A DNA stretch of 64,000 bases from Nitrospirota bacterium (GTDB taxonomy: Bacteria > Nitrospirota > Thermodesulfovibrionia > Thermodesulfovibrionales > SM23-35): NCBI GenBank assembly GCA_013388435.1, contig JACAFE010000018.1, positions 13,390-77,389 on the forward strand. Reading direction: 5' to 3'. Every line of letters begins with the position of its first letter. The stretch's first letter is position 1. Below are positions 47,913 through 58,494 of the stretch, one piece after another. A program made the translations under genes and the position numbers. The notes beneath the pieces are model-generated. The model had not been told where the DNA came from, did not search any database, and saw nothing but the letters and a program-made list of their open reading frames with translations.

Positions 47913-50093
47913 ATGAAAAAGACATTTTTCATTATAAACAAATTCCTCGTCCTGTTCATTCTTTTAATGGTTTGTGATGTTTTTGCCACGCCTTCTTTTC
48001 AGGAGGTGAAAGATTCTTATTTTGCATCTGATGCATTTTTATTAGATAGAAACGGAAAGATTGTTCATGAATTGCGTGTTAACCCCGATATAAGAAGATT
48101 TGAATGGATTTCATTAAAAGACATTTCTCCAGCTTTAATAAAAGCTGTTATTCAATCAGAGGATAAAAGGTTTTACAGCCACTATGGCGTTGACTGGGTT
48201 TCTGTTATTTCCACGCTGATTAAAAATTTTACAGGTAAAAACAGAAGAGGAGCAAGCACTATTACAATGCAGGTGGCAGCTCTTATTAATGAAGAATTAA
48301 AACCAGGAATAAATGGCAGATCAGTTTCACAAAAATGGAGACAGGTTAAGGAAGCTCTTGAAATCGAGAAAATCTGGTCTAAAGATGAAATACTCGAAGC
48401 CTATCTTAATCTTGTTTCATACAGAGGAGAGTTGCAGGGAATTGCAGCTGCTTCAAGATGTCTTTTCAATAAAGAACCTTCAGGTCTGAATAGTGCAGAA
48501 TCAATCATTCTTGCTGCGCTTATACGTTCACCAAATGCAGAAATTGATAAAATCATCAAAAGAGCAAACCTGCTAAACAAGACCTTCAACTTTGTTGTTA
48601 AGCCAGAAGAAATTGAAGATACAATCAAAAAAACATTTAACAGAAAATATTACGTCAGACAAAAAGAAAATCTTGCCCCGCATGTAGCACACTTGCTTTT
48701 AAATAGGACAGGCAATAACATTAATCCCGTCTATTACGGAGCAAAGTCAATTTTTACCACACTTGATTATGATATTCAGCGTTTTGTTTCAGAAACTCTG
48801 AAAGAACACATTTCTTCCCTTAAATCAAGGAATGTAAATGATGGAGCAGCTATTGTTGTTGAAAATAAATCCGGCGATATACTGGCTTATACCGGGAGTA
48901 TAGGAGATGGTTCGGATGCGCCATATGTTGATGGTGTTAGAGCAAAAAGACAGGCAGGCTCAACTCTCAAACCGTTTCTATACGCATTAGCTATAGATAA
49001 ACATTTGCTCACTGCTGCATCTGTTATCACTGACAGCCCTTTTGATATTTCAACAGAATACGGAATATATAAACCTCAAAATTATGAAAATGATTTTAAA
49101 GGTTTAGTTACTTTGAGAACAGCTCTTGCCTCATCTTTAAACGTTCCTGCTGTAAGAACTTTATCACTGATTGGAGTGGATAATTTTGTACGGAAACTCA
49201 AGGAATCGGGTTTTGATAATATAAGAAACGCAGATTATTATGGTCATTCTCTGGCTCTCGGCTCAGCAGATGTTACTTTATATGAACTTGTAAATGCTTA
49301 TCGCATGCTCGCCAATGGAGGCATATACACTAATTTGAAACTGAAAAAGGAAAATTCTTTATATCAACAAACAAAAGTTTTCTCACCTGAGGCTGCTTTT
49401 ATAATATCTGATATACTCTCTGACAGGGAAGCAAGAGGTTATACATTTAGTTTAGAAAACCCTCTGAACACAAAATTCCGAAGTTCTGTAAAAACAGGCA
49501 CAAGTAAAGATATGAGAGACAATTGGTGTATAGGCTATACAGATAAATATACTGTAGGTGTATGGGTTGGTAACTTCTCGGGTGAGGCGATGTGGAATGT
49601 GACAGGAATAACAGGAGCTGCGCCTGTATGGCTTTCCATAATGAATTATCTACACAGGGATAATATTGATACGGGAATCGAACATCCTGACGGTATAGTA
49701 AAAAAGCCTGTATTTATCAATTCAACAAATCCTACAGAGAGAGATGAATGGTTTATTAAGGGCACAGAACCATCAACTACAAGAAATTCAAGATATATTA
49801 TTTCCCTGAATGAAGAACACTTTATTCCGCATATTGTTTATCCTCCTGATGGCACAATAATAACACTTGACCCTGACATACCAGATGAAATACAAAAAAT
49901 CATTATTGAAACAAATCCACCGAGCGATGAAATATTCTGGATATTTGATGGAAAGAATACAGGCAGAACCACAAAAACACCACTAATAATAAAACCTGTT
50001 GCAGGGAAACACACAATTCAATTAATTGATAAACAAAACAGTAAACTCGACTCTATTGAATTTGAGATTAAAGGAAATTCTAAAATAAACTAA
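47913..50093 (+). CDS. pbpC: Penicillin-binding protein 1C-type bifunctional transglycosylase/transpeptidase
   Basis: 726 aa. The GT51 motifs are EDKRFYSHYGVDW and RGASTITMQ. The transpeptidase motifs are STLKP (SxxK), SLN and KTGTS. It has a C-terminal extra domain like PBP1C. Confidence 0.85.
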   Translation: MKKTFFIINKFLVLFILLMVCDVFATPSFQEVKDSYFASDAFLLDRNGKIVHELRVNPDIRRFEWISLKDISPALIKAVIQSEDKRFYSHYGVDWVSVISTLIKNFTGKNRRGASTITMQVAALINEELKPGINGRSVSQKWRQVKEALEIEKIWSKDEILEAYLNLVSYRGELQGIAAASRCLFNKEPSGLNSAESIILAALIRSPNAEIDKIIKRANLLNKTFNFVVKPEEIEDTIKKTFNRKYYVRQKENLAPHVAHLLLNRTGNNINPVYYGAKSIFTTLDYDIQRFVSETLKEHISSLKSRNVNDGAAIVVENKSGDILAYTGSIGDGSDAPYVDGVRAKRQAGSTLKPFLYALAIDKHLLTAASVITDSPFDISTEYGIYKPQNYENDFKGLVTLRTALASSLNVPAVRTLSLIGVDNFVRKLKESGFDNIRNADYYGHSLALGSADVTLYELVNAYRMLANGGIYTNLKLKKENSLYQQTKVFSPEAAFIISDILSDREARGYTFSLENPLNTKFRSSVKTGTSKDMRDNWCIGYTDKYTVGVWVGNFSGEAMWNVTGITGAAPVWLSIMNYLHRDNIDTGIEHPDGIVKKPVFINSTNPTERDEWFIKGTEPSTTRNSRYIISLNEEHFIPHIVYPPDGTIITLDPDIPDEIQKIIIETNPPSDEIFWIFDGKNTGRTTKTPLIIKPVAGKHTIQLIDKQNSKLDSIEFEIKGNSKIN

Positions 50094-50117
50094 AGTATCC
50101 TCTATTAATATCTTTAT

Positions 50118-50144
50118 TTGACAATTATTATTTTATGGTAGAAT
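50118..50144 (+). promoter_or_regulatory. Candidate promoter of the LemA/DUF2207 operon
   Basis: TTGACA (50118-23), a short 15-nt spacer, and the extended -10 TGgTAGAAT (TG 50136-37, hexamer 50139-44). Confidence 0.3.
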
Positions 50145-50312
50145 ATTGAATTAAGAAAGAGTTTTCAAAATGCCTGAAATAGAAAAAGTTAAAGAGATTG
50201 GGATTTTACCCGGAAATTTTATCATTCATAATGATTTATTTATAACAAGGCTGAGTTATAATTATGAATAAATTTATAGATTCATTCGCACAAAAAAAAC
50301 CATGGGGGAAAG

Positions 50313-50873
50313 ATGATTGCTTTACTTGTTATTCTTGGAATAGTCTTACTTATTTTATTTTATGGCGTAGCAATATATAACAAATTAATAAAACTTCGCA
50401 ACACTGTTAAATCATCATGGTCTGATATAGACGTACAGCTTAAAAAGAGATACGATCTTGTACCCAATCTCGTAGAAACAGTTAAAGGATATGCTTCACA
50501 TGAGAAAACAACTTTTGAGAATGTTACAAAAGCAAGAAATATGGCAATGAATGCTTCATCTCCTGCGGATAAGGCAAAAGCTGAGAATATGCTAACTTCA
50601 ACTTTAAAAAGTCTTTTTGCTCTTGCTGAAGCTTATCCAGATTTAAAGGCTAATACAAATTTTTTGCAATTGCAGTCCCAGCTCAAAGAACTTGAAGATA
50701 ATATTGAATATGCAAGAAGATATTACAACGCTGTAGTAAGAGATTTTAATATAACTATAGAGTCATTTCCTTCAAATATAATTGCTGGCACATTTAATTT
50801 TAAACAGGAGGAATTCTTTGAACTCGAGTCTCCCGAAGTTGAAAGAAAGCCTGTCAGGGTAAGCTTTTCATAG
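50313..50873 (+). CDS. LemA family membrane protein
   Basis: 186 aa with an N-terminal TM. The LemA signature is [43 protein letters not shown]. Confidence 0.9.
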   Translation: MIALLVILGIVLLILFYGVAIYNKLIKLRNTVKSSWSDIDVQLKKRYDLVPNLVETVKGYASHEKTTFENVTKARNMAMNASSPADKAKAENMLTSTLKSLFALAEAYPDLKANTNFLQLQSQLKELEDNIEYARRYYNAVVRDFNITIESFPSNIIAGTFNFKQEEFFELESPEVERKPVRVSFS

Positions 50874-50890
50874 CTTTATAGTTGAATATA

Positions 50891-52651
50891 ATGAAAGGCA
50901 GATATAATAATTATTTTTCTGAACTTTCTCTTCAATTCAAAGTATTATCTTTATTGATTCTTCTTTTAGCTACTCCGGTATTTGCACAGGATTTTACAAT
51001 AGAGAAATTTCATTCCGATATTCTAATAAAAGAAGATTCGTCAATTACTGTAACCGAAAATATTACTGTGGAATTTCATGGACAAAAACATGGTATTTAC
51101 AGGGAAATACCTTTTAGATATTCGGATGATAGAGGTAGAACTATAATTACGCCTGTAAATATATTGTCTGTTACTGATAGCAACGGAAACAAATGGAAAT
51201 ACAGTGTTAGTAGAAAAGGAAATATAATAAATATCCGCATAGGAGATCCGAAAAAATATGTTAATGGTTTGCAAACATATATAATTTCATATATTGTAGA
51301 AAATGCTATTTTATTTTTTGAAGACCATGATGAGCTTTACTGGAATGTCACGGGTAATTATTGGTGGGCTCCGATCAAAGAAGCCTCAGCCAGTGTTAAT
51401 CTTGCAACGACAAAACAGAGCCAGAATTTATGGGCTGCCTGCTACACAGGCGCTGCTGGCTCAAAAGAAACTGCCTGCCGTTTTGATACATCAAACAAAA
51501 CCTGCAGTTTCGTAACCATCAGAAATCTCGGAATACGTGAAGGATTTACTGTGGCTTTTGGCTGGGATAAAGGGCTTGTCTTTCAGCCATCTGCGTGGAA
51601 AAGATTTCTCTGGCTTTTGAATATAAGACAGAATTGGGTATTTATAGTTCCTCTAATCTCATTGATTATCATGTTTAATCTATGGAGGGAAAAAGGCAGG
51701 GACCCTGTGGTTAGGGATTCAATAACAGTTATGTATGAGCCTCCAAAGTTAAATAACAATTATATAACACCGGCTGAAGCAGGGACCCTAATCGATGAAA
51801 AACTCGACCCGAAAGACATTACTTCAACAATTGTTGGTCTCGCAGTCAAAGGATATATTCAGATCGAAGAAATAAAAAAAGAGGGGATTTTATTTAATTC
51901 AACAGATTATTATTTAAAGAGAATAAAAGAGCCTGACGATAATTTAAGTGCATTCGAAAAAATGCTTATTAATAAAATATTTACTTCGGATTTACCTGTA
52001 CCCGGAAGAATGGTTTCTGAAATGAAGAATGAATTTTATAAACATCTTAATCTTTTAAAAAAGACTTTGTATGAAGAACTTGTCTCGAAGAAATATTTTT
52101 TTGTAAGTCCCGACAGAGTAAGGCAAACATATATTATTGCAGGCATATTGATTATGATTATATGCAGTTTTATTCTACCAATTGCATCAAATTCTCCGGC
52201 TGGCTTGATATCAGGTATTTTGACAGGCATCCCTGTTATCTTATTTGCAAAAGCAATGCCTGTAAAAACAAAAACCGGCGCTAGGGCTTATATGGAAATT
52301 CTCGGCTTCAGAGAATTCCTTGAACGCGCCGAAAAAGACAGACTTTTACGAATGGGAGATAAGAATCTTTTCTCAAAATTTCTTCCTTATTCCATCGCAC
52401 TCGATGTTGTTGATAACTGGGCAAAAGCTTTCGAGGGAATATATCAGGAAGCACCTGATTGGTATGTTTCTCATACTGGCATCGGAACTTTCCATCCACG
52501 CAATTTTTCGCATTCAATAAGTTTGGCAACCTCGAGCATGGCTTCTGCAATGTTTTCTGCACCGAGAGGTAGCGGAGTCAGTTCTGGTGGAGGATTCAGT
52601 GGAGGTTCATCTGGCGGTGGTTTTGGCGGAGGTGGTGGAGGCAGCTGGTAA
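50891..52651 (+). CDS. DUF2207-type membrane protein with Gly-rich C-terminal tail
   Basis: The ORF starts at TTG 50882. ATG 50891 (MKGRYNNYF...) is likelier. It has a signal/TM segment, a large extracytoplasmic domain, TM segments, and the tail SGGGFSGGSSGGGFGGGGGGSW. It is the usual partner of LemA genes. Confidence 0.75.
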   Translation: MKGRYNNYFSELSLQFKVLSLLILLLATPVFAQDFTIEKFHSDILIKEDSSITVTENITVEFHGQKHGIYREIPFRYSDDRGRTIITPVNILSVTDSNGNKWKYSVSRKGNIINIRIGDPKKYVNGLQTYIISYIVENAILFFEDHDELYWNVTGNYWWAPIKEASASVNLATTKQSQNLWAACYTGAAGSKETACRFDTSNKTCSFVTIRNLGIREGFTVAFGWDKGLVFQPSAWKRFLWLLNIRQNWVFIVPLISLIIMFNLWREKGRDPVVRDSITVMYEPPKLNNNYITPAEAGTLIDEKLDPKDITSTIVGLAVKGYIQIEEIKKEGILFNSTDYYLKRIKEPDDNLSAFEKMLINKIFTSDLPVPGRMVSEMKNEFYKHLNLLKKTLYEELVSKKYFFVSPDRVRQTYIIAGILIMIICSFILPIASNSPAGLISGILTGIPVILFAKAMPVKTKTGARAYMEILGFREFLERAEKDRLLRMGDKNLFSKFLPYSIALDVVDNWAKAFEGIYQEAPDWYVSHTGIGTFHPRNFSHSISLATSSMASAMFSAPRGSGVSSGGGFSGGSSGGGFGGGGGGSW

Positions 52652-52655
52652 AAAT

Positions 52656-53744
52656 ATGAGAAAGAAAATTCTGATTTCAGGCTTAATTATAGTTGCTATT
52701 ACCATATTAATTTTTATCTTATTGCCTTATCTAAAACCAAAAGATAATCTTCTTAAAGTAAGCGGAAGAGTCGAAGCTGATGAAATAGAATTATCCTCAA
52801 GAATTTCTGGAAGACTCGAGAAAGTCTTAATAAACGATGGTTCTGAAGTAAAAAAAGGTGATACAGTTGCGATACTCGAAGATGATGAAATCCAATCAAA
52901 ACACAGGGAGATATTAAACAAAATTGCTGAAATAACCGAGAGCATTAAAGCAGCTGAATTAAATCTTGAATTCACAAAAACCAATATATCACATTCTATT
53001 GAAGAAGCAAAAAAAGTTCTCGAGGCATCTGAAGCAAGGCTGAAACAATCAAATACAAAACTTGAAAATACAAGGAAAGAATTTTTGAGATATTCAGCGC
53101 TTCTCGAGAAAGATGTGATATCTAAAGAGAGATTTGATTCTATAAAACTTGCCTTTGATCTCTCATCTGAAGAGAATAAAGTTGTTTTGAGTGATGTCGA
53201 AAAAGCAAAAGTTGCATTAAAAAAAGCGGAAGATTCAAGAATTTTAATAAATGTGAAAGAACAGGAAATCCTCTCAATGAAAAAATCTCTCGGACAATTA
53301 AAAGAATTATTGCAGCAGGTTGATATAAATCTTGGCTATACAAAAATTATAGCACCTGTTGATGGAGTAATTTTGAGAAAAATTGCAGAACCCGGGGAGG
53401 TTGTTTCAGGCGGAAGCGTAATCGGCACGATGATTAATCCTGAAAGCATACATATAAGAACTTTTGTGCCTGAAAAATACATCGGAAATATCAGTAATAA
53501 TATTGAAGCAGAAATATTTACCGATGCTTATCCTGACAAACCAATCAAAGGATATGTTTGTTATATTTCAGACAGGGCTGAATTCACACCAAAAGAAGTT
53601 CAGTCATATGAAGAAAGAGTCAAGCAGGTATTTGCTGTTAAAGTCTGTGTCAAATCTTTAAAGAACGGCGAGAAAGATAATAAGATTTCAATTTTGAAAA
53701 AAGGTATGCCTGTTGATGTAAGATTTAATATCTATACAAAATAA
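52656..53744 (+). CDS. HlyD-family periplasmic adaptor (YbhG-like)
   Basis: The track ORF starts at 52587, inside the previous gene. ATG 52656 gives MRKKILISGLIIVAITILIF (a TM anchor). The protein then has a coiled coil and a beta-barrel. Confidence 0.85.
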   Translation: MRKKILISGLIIVAITILIFILLPYLKPKDNLLKVSGRVEADEIELSSRISGRLEKVLINDGSEVKKGDTVAILEDDEIQSKHREILNKIAEITESIKAAELNLEFTKTNISHSIEEAKKVLEASEARLKQSNTKLENTRKEFLRYSALLEKDVISKERFDSIKLAFDLSSEENKVVLSDVEKAKVALKKAEDSRILINVKEQEILSMKKSLGQLKELLQQVDINLGYTKIIAPVDGVILRKIAEPGEVVSGGSVIGTMINPESIHIRTFVPEKYIGNISNNIEAEIFTDAYPDKPIKGYVCYISDRAEFTPKEVQSYEERVKQVFAVKVCVKSLKNGEKDNKISILKKGMPVDVRFNIYTK

Positions 53745-53770
53745 AATTTCTTTTATCTCCATAATTAATT

Positions 53771-55465
53771 ATGAACGACCCTCTAATATCTCTTAAGAAT
53801 GTATCAAAGAAATACAGAAAGACTCAGGCACTAAAAAATATTGATCTTGATATAATGCCATCGGAAATAACAGGCATAATCGGGCCTGATGGTGCAGGTA
53901 AAAGCACTCTAATGAAAATATGCTCGGGAGTTCTATCATTTGAAGGCAGAGCAAAATTCAAAAACATAGATATAAAAAAACAACCTGAAGCAATTAAAAA
54001 ATGGCTGAGCTTTATGCCACAGGGTCTTGGCTTAAATTTATACATGGATCTATCTGTTGAAGAAAATATTGACTTTTTCGCTGCGATAAAAAATGTGTCT
54101 GTTAATAGACGAAATGAATTAAAGGAAAAATTATTAACAGCAACAGGTCTTTCTCCCTTCAGAACCAGATATGCACGAAATCTTTCAGGTGGCATGAAAC
54201 AAAAACTCGGGATATGCTGCTCTCTTATTTCTAATCCAGAAGTTGTTTTACTTGATGAACCTTCTACAGGTGTTGACCCTTTATCAAGAAGACAGCTCTG
54301 GGAGATTCTCAATAGTTTTATTACAGAAACAGGGACAACTCTGATACTCGCGACATCCTATATGGATGAAGCTGAAAGATGTTATTCAGTAAGATTTCTT
54401 CATAATGGCGAGATATTATTTTCAGGCGACCCTGAAAAACTTGTGTCCGAATACAATGACCTTGAAAATGCTTTTTTTAATTTACTTCTTAAAGGTGAGG
54501 ATACTGCATCCAATGAAGTTCCTTTTGAAAGGAGCAAAATTAGTTCTGACAATATTGCGATAGAAATACAGGGTGTTAACAAGTCTTTTGGTTCTTTTAA
54601 AGCACTGGACAATATAAACCTGACAATAAACACCGGTGAGATTTTCGGGTTTCTTGGTCCTAATGGCGCAGGGAAAACAACATTACTTAAGTGTATATTA
54701 TCCATTCTGAAATCCGATTCAGGCACAATTAAAGTTCTCGGAATTGATTCAAGGGAAAAAGAAATAAAACACAGGATAGGATATATGTCACAGATATTTT
54801 CCTTATACGGAGATTTAACTGTTGATGAAAATCTTGAACTTTACTCAAGTCTTTACCGCATTGATAAAGATAAATTCATAGTAAGAAAAGATTGGGTCGT
54901 AAATGTTGCAGGGCTTAAAGGAAAAGGTGATACGATTGTATCAAGACTCCCGCTTGGAATCAAGCAGAGGCTTGCTCTCGGATGCTCTGCTTTACATCTG
55001 CCCGATGTGCTCATCCTTGATGAACCCACATCCGGGGTCGATCCTGTTGCGAGAAAATCATTCTGGCAGTTAATAAGATCTTTATCCCAAAAACTCGGCA
55101 TGACAGTTCTTGTCACAACCCATAATCTTGTTGAAGCAGATTTTTGCGACAGAATAGCCATAATGAATGAAGGAAAAGTTATTGCAACTGATACCCCTAA
55201 AAAATTAAGAGAACAATTTTCAGAATCATCAGGAGAAGTATATGAAATCTATCCCGAAACAGATCTGGATAAAACAGTTTTTATTTCGAAGAATATATCA
55301 ATCGCACCCTTTGGGAAAAGATTTCATCTATGGAGCAAAGGACTCACAGAAGATCAAATTCAAAATATACTTTCAGCTTCGAATATCAGAAACAGATACA
55401 TAAAAAAGATAAAACCATTGATGGAAGATGTGTTTATTTACTTTATTGAAAAAATATCAGTTTAA
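53771..55465 (+). CDS. ABC transporter ATP-binding protein with two fused ATPase domains (YbhF-like)
   Basis: 564 aa. Walker A motifs are GPDGAGKST and GPNGAGKTT. The signatures are LSGGMKQKL and LPLGIKQRL. Walker B motifs are VLLDEPSTGVD and LILDEPTSGVD. Confidence 0.9.
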   Translation: MNDPLISLKNVSKKYRKTQALKNIDLDIMPSEITGIIGPDGAGKSTLMKICSGVLSFEGRAKFKNIDIKKQPEAIKKWLSFMPQGLGLNLYMDLSVEENIDFFAAIKNVSVNRRNELKEKLLTATGLSPFRTRYARNLSGGMKQKLGICCSLISNPEVVLLDEPSTGVDPLSRRQLWEILNSFITETGTTLILATSYMDEAERCYSVRFLHNGEILFSGDPEKLVSEYNDLENAFFNLLLKGEDTASNEVPFERSKISSDNIAIEIQGVNKSFGSFKALDNINLTINTGEIFGFLGPNGAGKTTLLKCILSILKSDSGTIKVLGIDSREKEIKHRIGYMSQIFSLYGDLTVDENLELYSSLYRIDKDKFIVRKDWVVNVAGLKGKGDTIVSRLPLGIKQRLALGCSALHLPDVLILDEPTSGVDPVARKSFWQLIRSLSQKLGMTVLVTTHNLVEADFCDRIAIMNEGKVIATDTPKKLREQFSESSGEVYEIYPETDLDKTVFISKNISIAPFGKRFHLWSKGLTEDQIQNILSASNIRNRYIKKIKPLMEDVFIYFIEKISV

Positions 55466-55479
55466 GTTTTTCAGACTTT

Positions 55480-56646
55480 TTGTTTGCAGGCTTTTTGGGA
55501 ATAGATATGATATTTTTAAAAGAAACTTTAAATAGAATTTCAGCTGTTGCAATCAAAGAAATTAAGGAAATAGTCAGGGTCAGGCTTTTTCTTATGCTTG
55601 CTTTTATTGTGCCTTTCATTATGTTTAATGTATTCAGTTTTGGAATTAGTCTTGATAACGAAAACATGCCTTTTGCATATATTGATTATGATAAAAGTCA
55701 GTTGAGCGCAAAGCTCGTGGAAAAATTCAAAAATAGATACTTTGATTTAAAGCATGAATTGACAGACCTCAAAAACGCTGAAATGCTTTTATCTTCAGGC
55801 AAACTAAGAGCTGTTATGATCATCCCTTCTGATTTCTCCAAAAGCATATACAGGGGAAATAATGCGCAGGTTCAATTCTTAATAGACGGTGGCTATCCTT
55901 TCAGAGCAATAACTATAAGAGGATATTGTGAATCCATTCTTTCTGCTTTCAATACAGAAATGGCAATTAAGAAATATAAGGGAAAACTTCTGACAACTAC
56001 TCCGCTAAGAGTTGAAACCCGTTATTTATACAATGAATCCTTAAAAAGCAGTTATGCTCTCGTGCCGAGTATGATTGCAGTCATATTGCTTATGAATCCT
56101 GCTGTATTAACAGCCCTCGCAATATCCAGAGAAAAGGAAATGGGAACGATTTATAATATTTATTCAACTCCAATAAAAAAATGGGAATTTCTTACAGGGA
56201 AGATAATACCCTATCTGATTATTTCAGCGATAAATTTTATTTTGCTTGTAATCACTGTGAGATTGCTTTTTCATATTCCAATGAAAGGGAACTTTATTGA
56301 TCTTGTGCCCGGTGCAATTGTATATGTGCTTATTAATGTTTCAATAGGGCTGCTTGTTTCCTCGGTAACAAGGACTATGGTTGCAGCACAGATAGTTACT
56401 GTTATTGTAACTGTAATCCCCGCATTTCTTTATTCAGGACTGTTAGTGCCGGTTGCAAATCTTGAAGGCGGAGCAAAAATAATAGCCCGCCTTTATCCAA
56501 CCATGCATTTTATGAAAATAATTCACGGTGTTTATCTAAAAAAGCTCAATATGGTTGATTTGCTTCCTCATCTCCTTTTTATGATTCTTTATTTTGCAAT
56601 CTTATTCACATTAGGGGTTACTGTCTTTAAAAAGAGAGAAGGTTGA
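55480..56646 (+). CDS. ABC-2 type exporter permease (YbhS/YbhR-like)
   Basis: 388 aa with an N-terminal TM, a large periplasmic loop and 5 C-terminal TM. The start could be ATG 55507. Confidence 0.85.
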   Translation: MFAGFLGIDMIFLKETLNRISAVAIKEIKEIVRVRLFLMLAFIVPFIMFNVFSFGISLDNENMPFAYIDYDKSQLSAKLVEKFKNRYFDLKHELTDLKNAEMLLSSGKLRAVMIIPSDFSKSIYRGNNAQVQFLIDGGYPFRAITIRGYCESILSAFNTEMAIKKYKGKLLTTTPLRVETRYLYNESLKSSYALVPSMIAVILLMNPAVLTALAISREKEMGTIYNIYSTPIKKWEFLTGKIIPYLIISAINFILLVITVRLLFHIPMKGNFIDLVPGAIVYVLINVSIGLLVSSVTRTMVAAQIVTVIVTVIPAFLYSGLLVPVANLEGGAKIIARLYPTMHFMKIIHGVYLKKLNMVDLLPHLLFMILYFAILFTLGVTVFKKREG

Positions 56647-57767
56647 AATATATGCTCCAATTAATACGAAAGGAACTTTTGCACATTTTGCGTGACAGAG
56701 GCTTAATGATATTTATCATATATGCTTTTACATTCGATATTTACCTCGCTGCCAGAGGATTCAATCTCATACCCGAGATGGTTTCCATAAGCGTTTATGA
56801 TGAGGATAAATCATTTAAAAGCAGAGAACTCGTCGAACACATAAATCCTCCTGCTTTTAAAAAGCCGGTTTTTATCGATAATTATAAAGATATTGATAAA
56901 CTTTTGAATGAATCGAAAACAGTCATCTCTCTTGCAATACCTTATGGTTTTGAGAAGGATTTATATAAATTGGATGCTTCTTTGCAGGTGCTTGTAGATG
57001 GCACACAGAGCTCAACAGCTTATCTCAGCTCAGCATATCTAAATATAATCATCCAGAAATATACACTGGATTTCTTAAAAGAAAGACTTAAAGCAAGCAA
57101 TATTACTGGTTTAAATTTTATCGAAGCAAGAAGCAGAATACTATTCAATCCTAATGCTGATGATAAATTGTTCGAAGGCATAAACGAATTTTTCATGATC
57201 ATTACACTTATAGGCATGATTTTGCCTGCTGCCATTCTAATACGCGAGAAAGAATACGGGACAATCGAACAGATAATGATTTCACCATTAAATATAAAAA
57301 AACTACTTTTAATGAAAATAACCGCGTCAACCATATTTCTTCTATTTTTAATCGCATTCAGCTATGAAATAATCCTTTCGTTCTGGCTCGGTTTTAACTT
57401 AAAAGGTACTCTTTTAGAGTTTCTTGCTATAAGCTTAATTTACAGTTTTGCAACATCAGGTCTTGCATTTATCATTGCTTCAATAGCGAAAAGATTAAGC
57501 CAGATAGGTCTTCTTACCATGGTAATTTTTGCACCAATGATTTTGCTCTCAGGCGGCTGGGTGCCACCAGAGTCTTTACCTTTCTGGTTAAGGAAAATGA
57601 CAATAATTTCTCCGCTAAAACATTATATGGATTCAGGGATAAGCCTTCTTATCAGAGGAGCATCTCCTGAACAATTAGCCTATAATATGATAAAGCTACT
57701 GGTTATTGGAATAATATTTATGATAACAGGATACCTTTTGTATAACAAAAGAGTGATAAAAGGATAG
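56643..57767 (+). CDS. ABC-2 type exporter permease (second paralogue)
   Basis: 374 aa with the same topology as the preceding gene. The start is TTG 56643 or ATG 56652. Confidence 0.85.
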   Translation: MKYMLQLIRKELLHILRDRGLMIFIIYAFTFDIYLAARGFNLIPEMVSISVYDEDKSFKSRELVEHINPPAFKKPVFIDNYKDIDKLLNESKTVISLAIPYGFEKDLYKLDASLQVLVDGTQSSTAYLSSAYLNIIIQKYTLDFLKERLKASNITGLNFIEARSRILFNPNADDKLFEGINEFFMIITLIGMILPAAILIREKEYGTIEQIMISPLNIKKLLLMKITASTIFLLFLIAFSYEIILSFWLGFNLKGTLLEFLAISLIYSFATSGLAFIIASIAKRLSQIGLLTMVIFAPMILLSGGWVPPESLPFWLRKMTIISPLKHYMDSGISLLIRGASPEQLAYNMIKLLVIGIIFMITGYLLYNKRVIKG

Positions 57768-57782
57768 GTTAAAAAATTGTGC

Positions 57783-58379
57783 TTAAGCTCCAAATTTGAA
57801 AGTATTCTGAATTCCTATTCTTATCATCATAATCGCAATGGCAGCGAGCAGCAATGCCATTACCTTCGCAATTCCAATTATTCCGCCTTTGCCTATTATA
57901 TTGGTAAGCTTCTCTGCATTAATAAGGGTTATCCAGACAATAAAAAGATTCAAAATCAATGAAATAATTGTAGGCATAATTCCATAGTGATCCACAAGCA
58001 GAAGTATGTTTGTAAGTACAGCAGGCCCTACAATTAGAGGGACGCCTATTGGTACCACACCCACTTTTATATCTGGTTTTATCTTGTCTTCGCCGCTATG
58101 AACAAGGTCTCTGACTGCAAAGATAAGAAGCACTATTCCGCCTGCGATCTTAAAATCATCCGATGTAATTCCGAGTGTTTTAAAAATAAATTCACCAAGT
58201 CCTATAAATAAGAAGCTTACGATTATGGCAGTTAAAATCGAATCTCTGACAACTATTTTGCGTTTTACTTTAGACATTTCCTTTGTTAGAGAAATAAAAA
58301 CAGGAAGCAGCATAAATATATTTGTTGCTACAAATAAAGGTATAAAAGTGTTGGGCAGTATTTTTATGATATTTTCCAT
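57783..58379 (-). CDS. MarC family (UPF0056) integral membrane protein
   Basis: 198 aa, 6 TM, with typical MarC N-terminal sequence (FIPLFVATNIFMLLPVFISLT). Confidence 0.85.
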   Translation of the reverse strand: MENIIKILPNTFIPLFVATNIFMLLPVFISLTKEMSKVKRKIVVRDSILTAIIVSFLFIGLGEFIFKTLGITSDDFKIAGGIVLLIFAVRDLVHSGEDKIKPDIKVGVVPIGVPLIVGPAVLTNILLLVDHYGIMPTIISLILNLFIVWITLINAEKLTNIIGKGGIIGIAKVMALLLAAIAIMMIRIGIQNTFKFGA

Positions 58380-58494
58380 TATTTTAATTATACATTATAA
58401 ACATGCTGGTTTATCAGCACATTAGTAATTATTTTGTTGTAGAATATTTAAAAAATAATTCTAAATACTGACAATTAGTGAAAGGATTTTATGC

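Noticed and set aside
50170-50271. 33-aa ORF (MPEIEKVKEIGILPGNFIIHNDLFITRLSYNYE) in the lemA leader
   Set aside because: It has only a weak purine-rich stretch upstream and no recognisable family. It cannot be supported from sequence alone.
52587-52655. 23-aa N-terminal extension of the HlyD adaptor ORF
   Set aside because: It lies within the Gly-rich 3' end of the DUF2207 gene in another frame. ATG 52656 gives a normal TM anchor.
53824-54312. 162-aa minus-strand ORF (similar shadow ORFs at 54400-54726 and 54853-55161)
   Set aside because: They are antisense to the double ABC ATPase, which has Walker and signature motifs.
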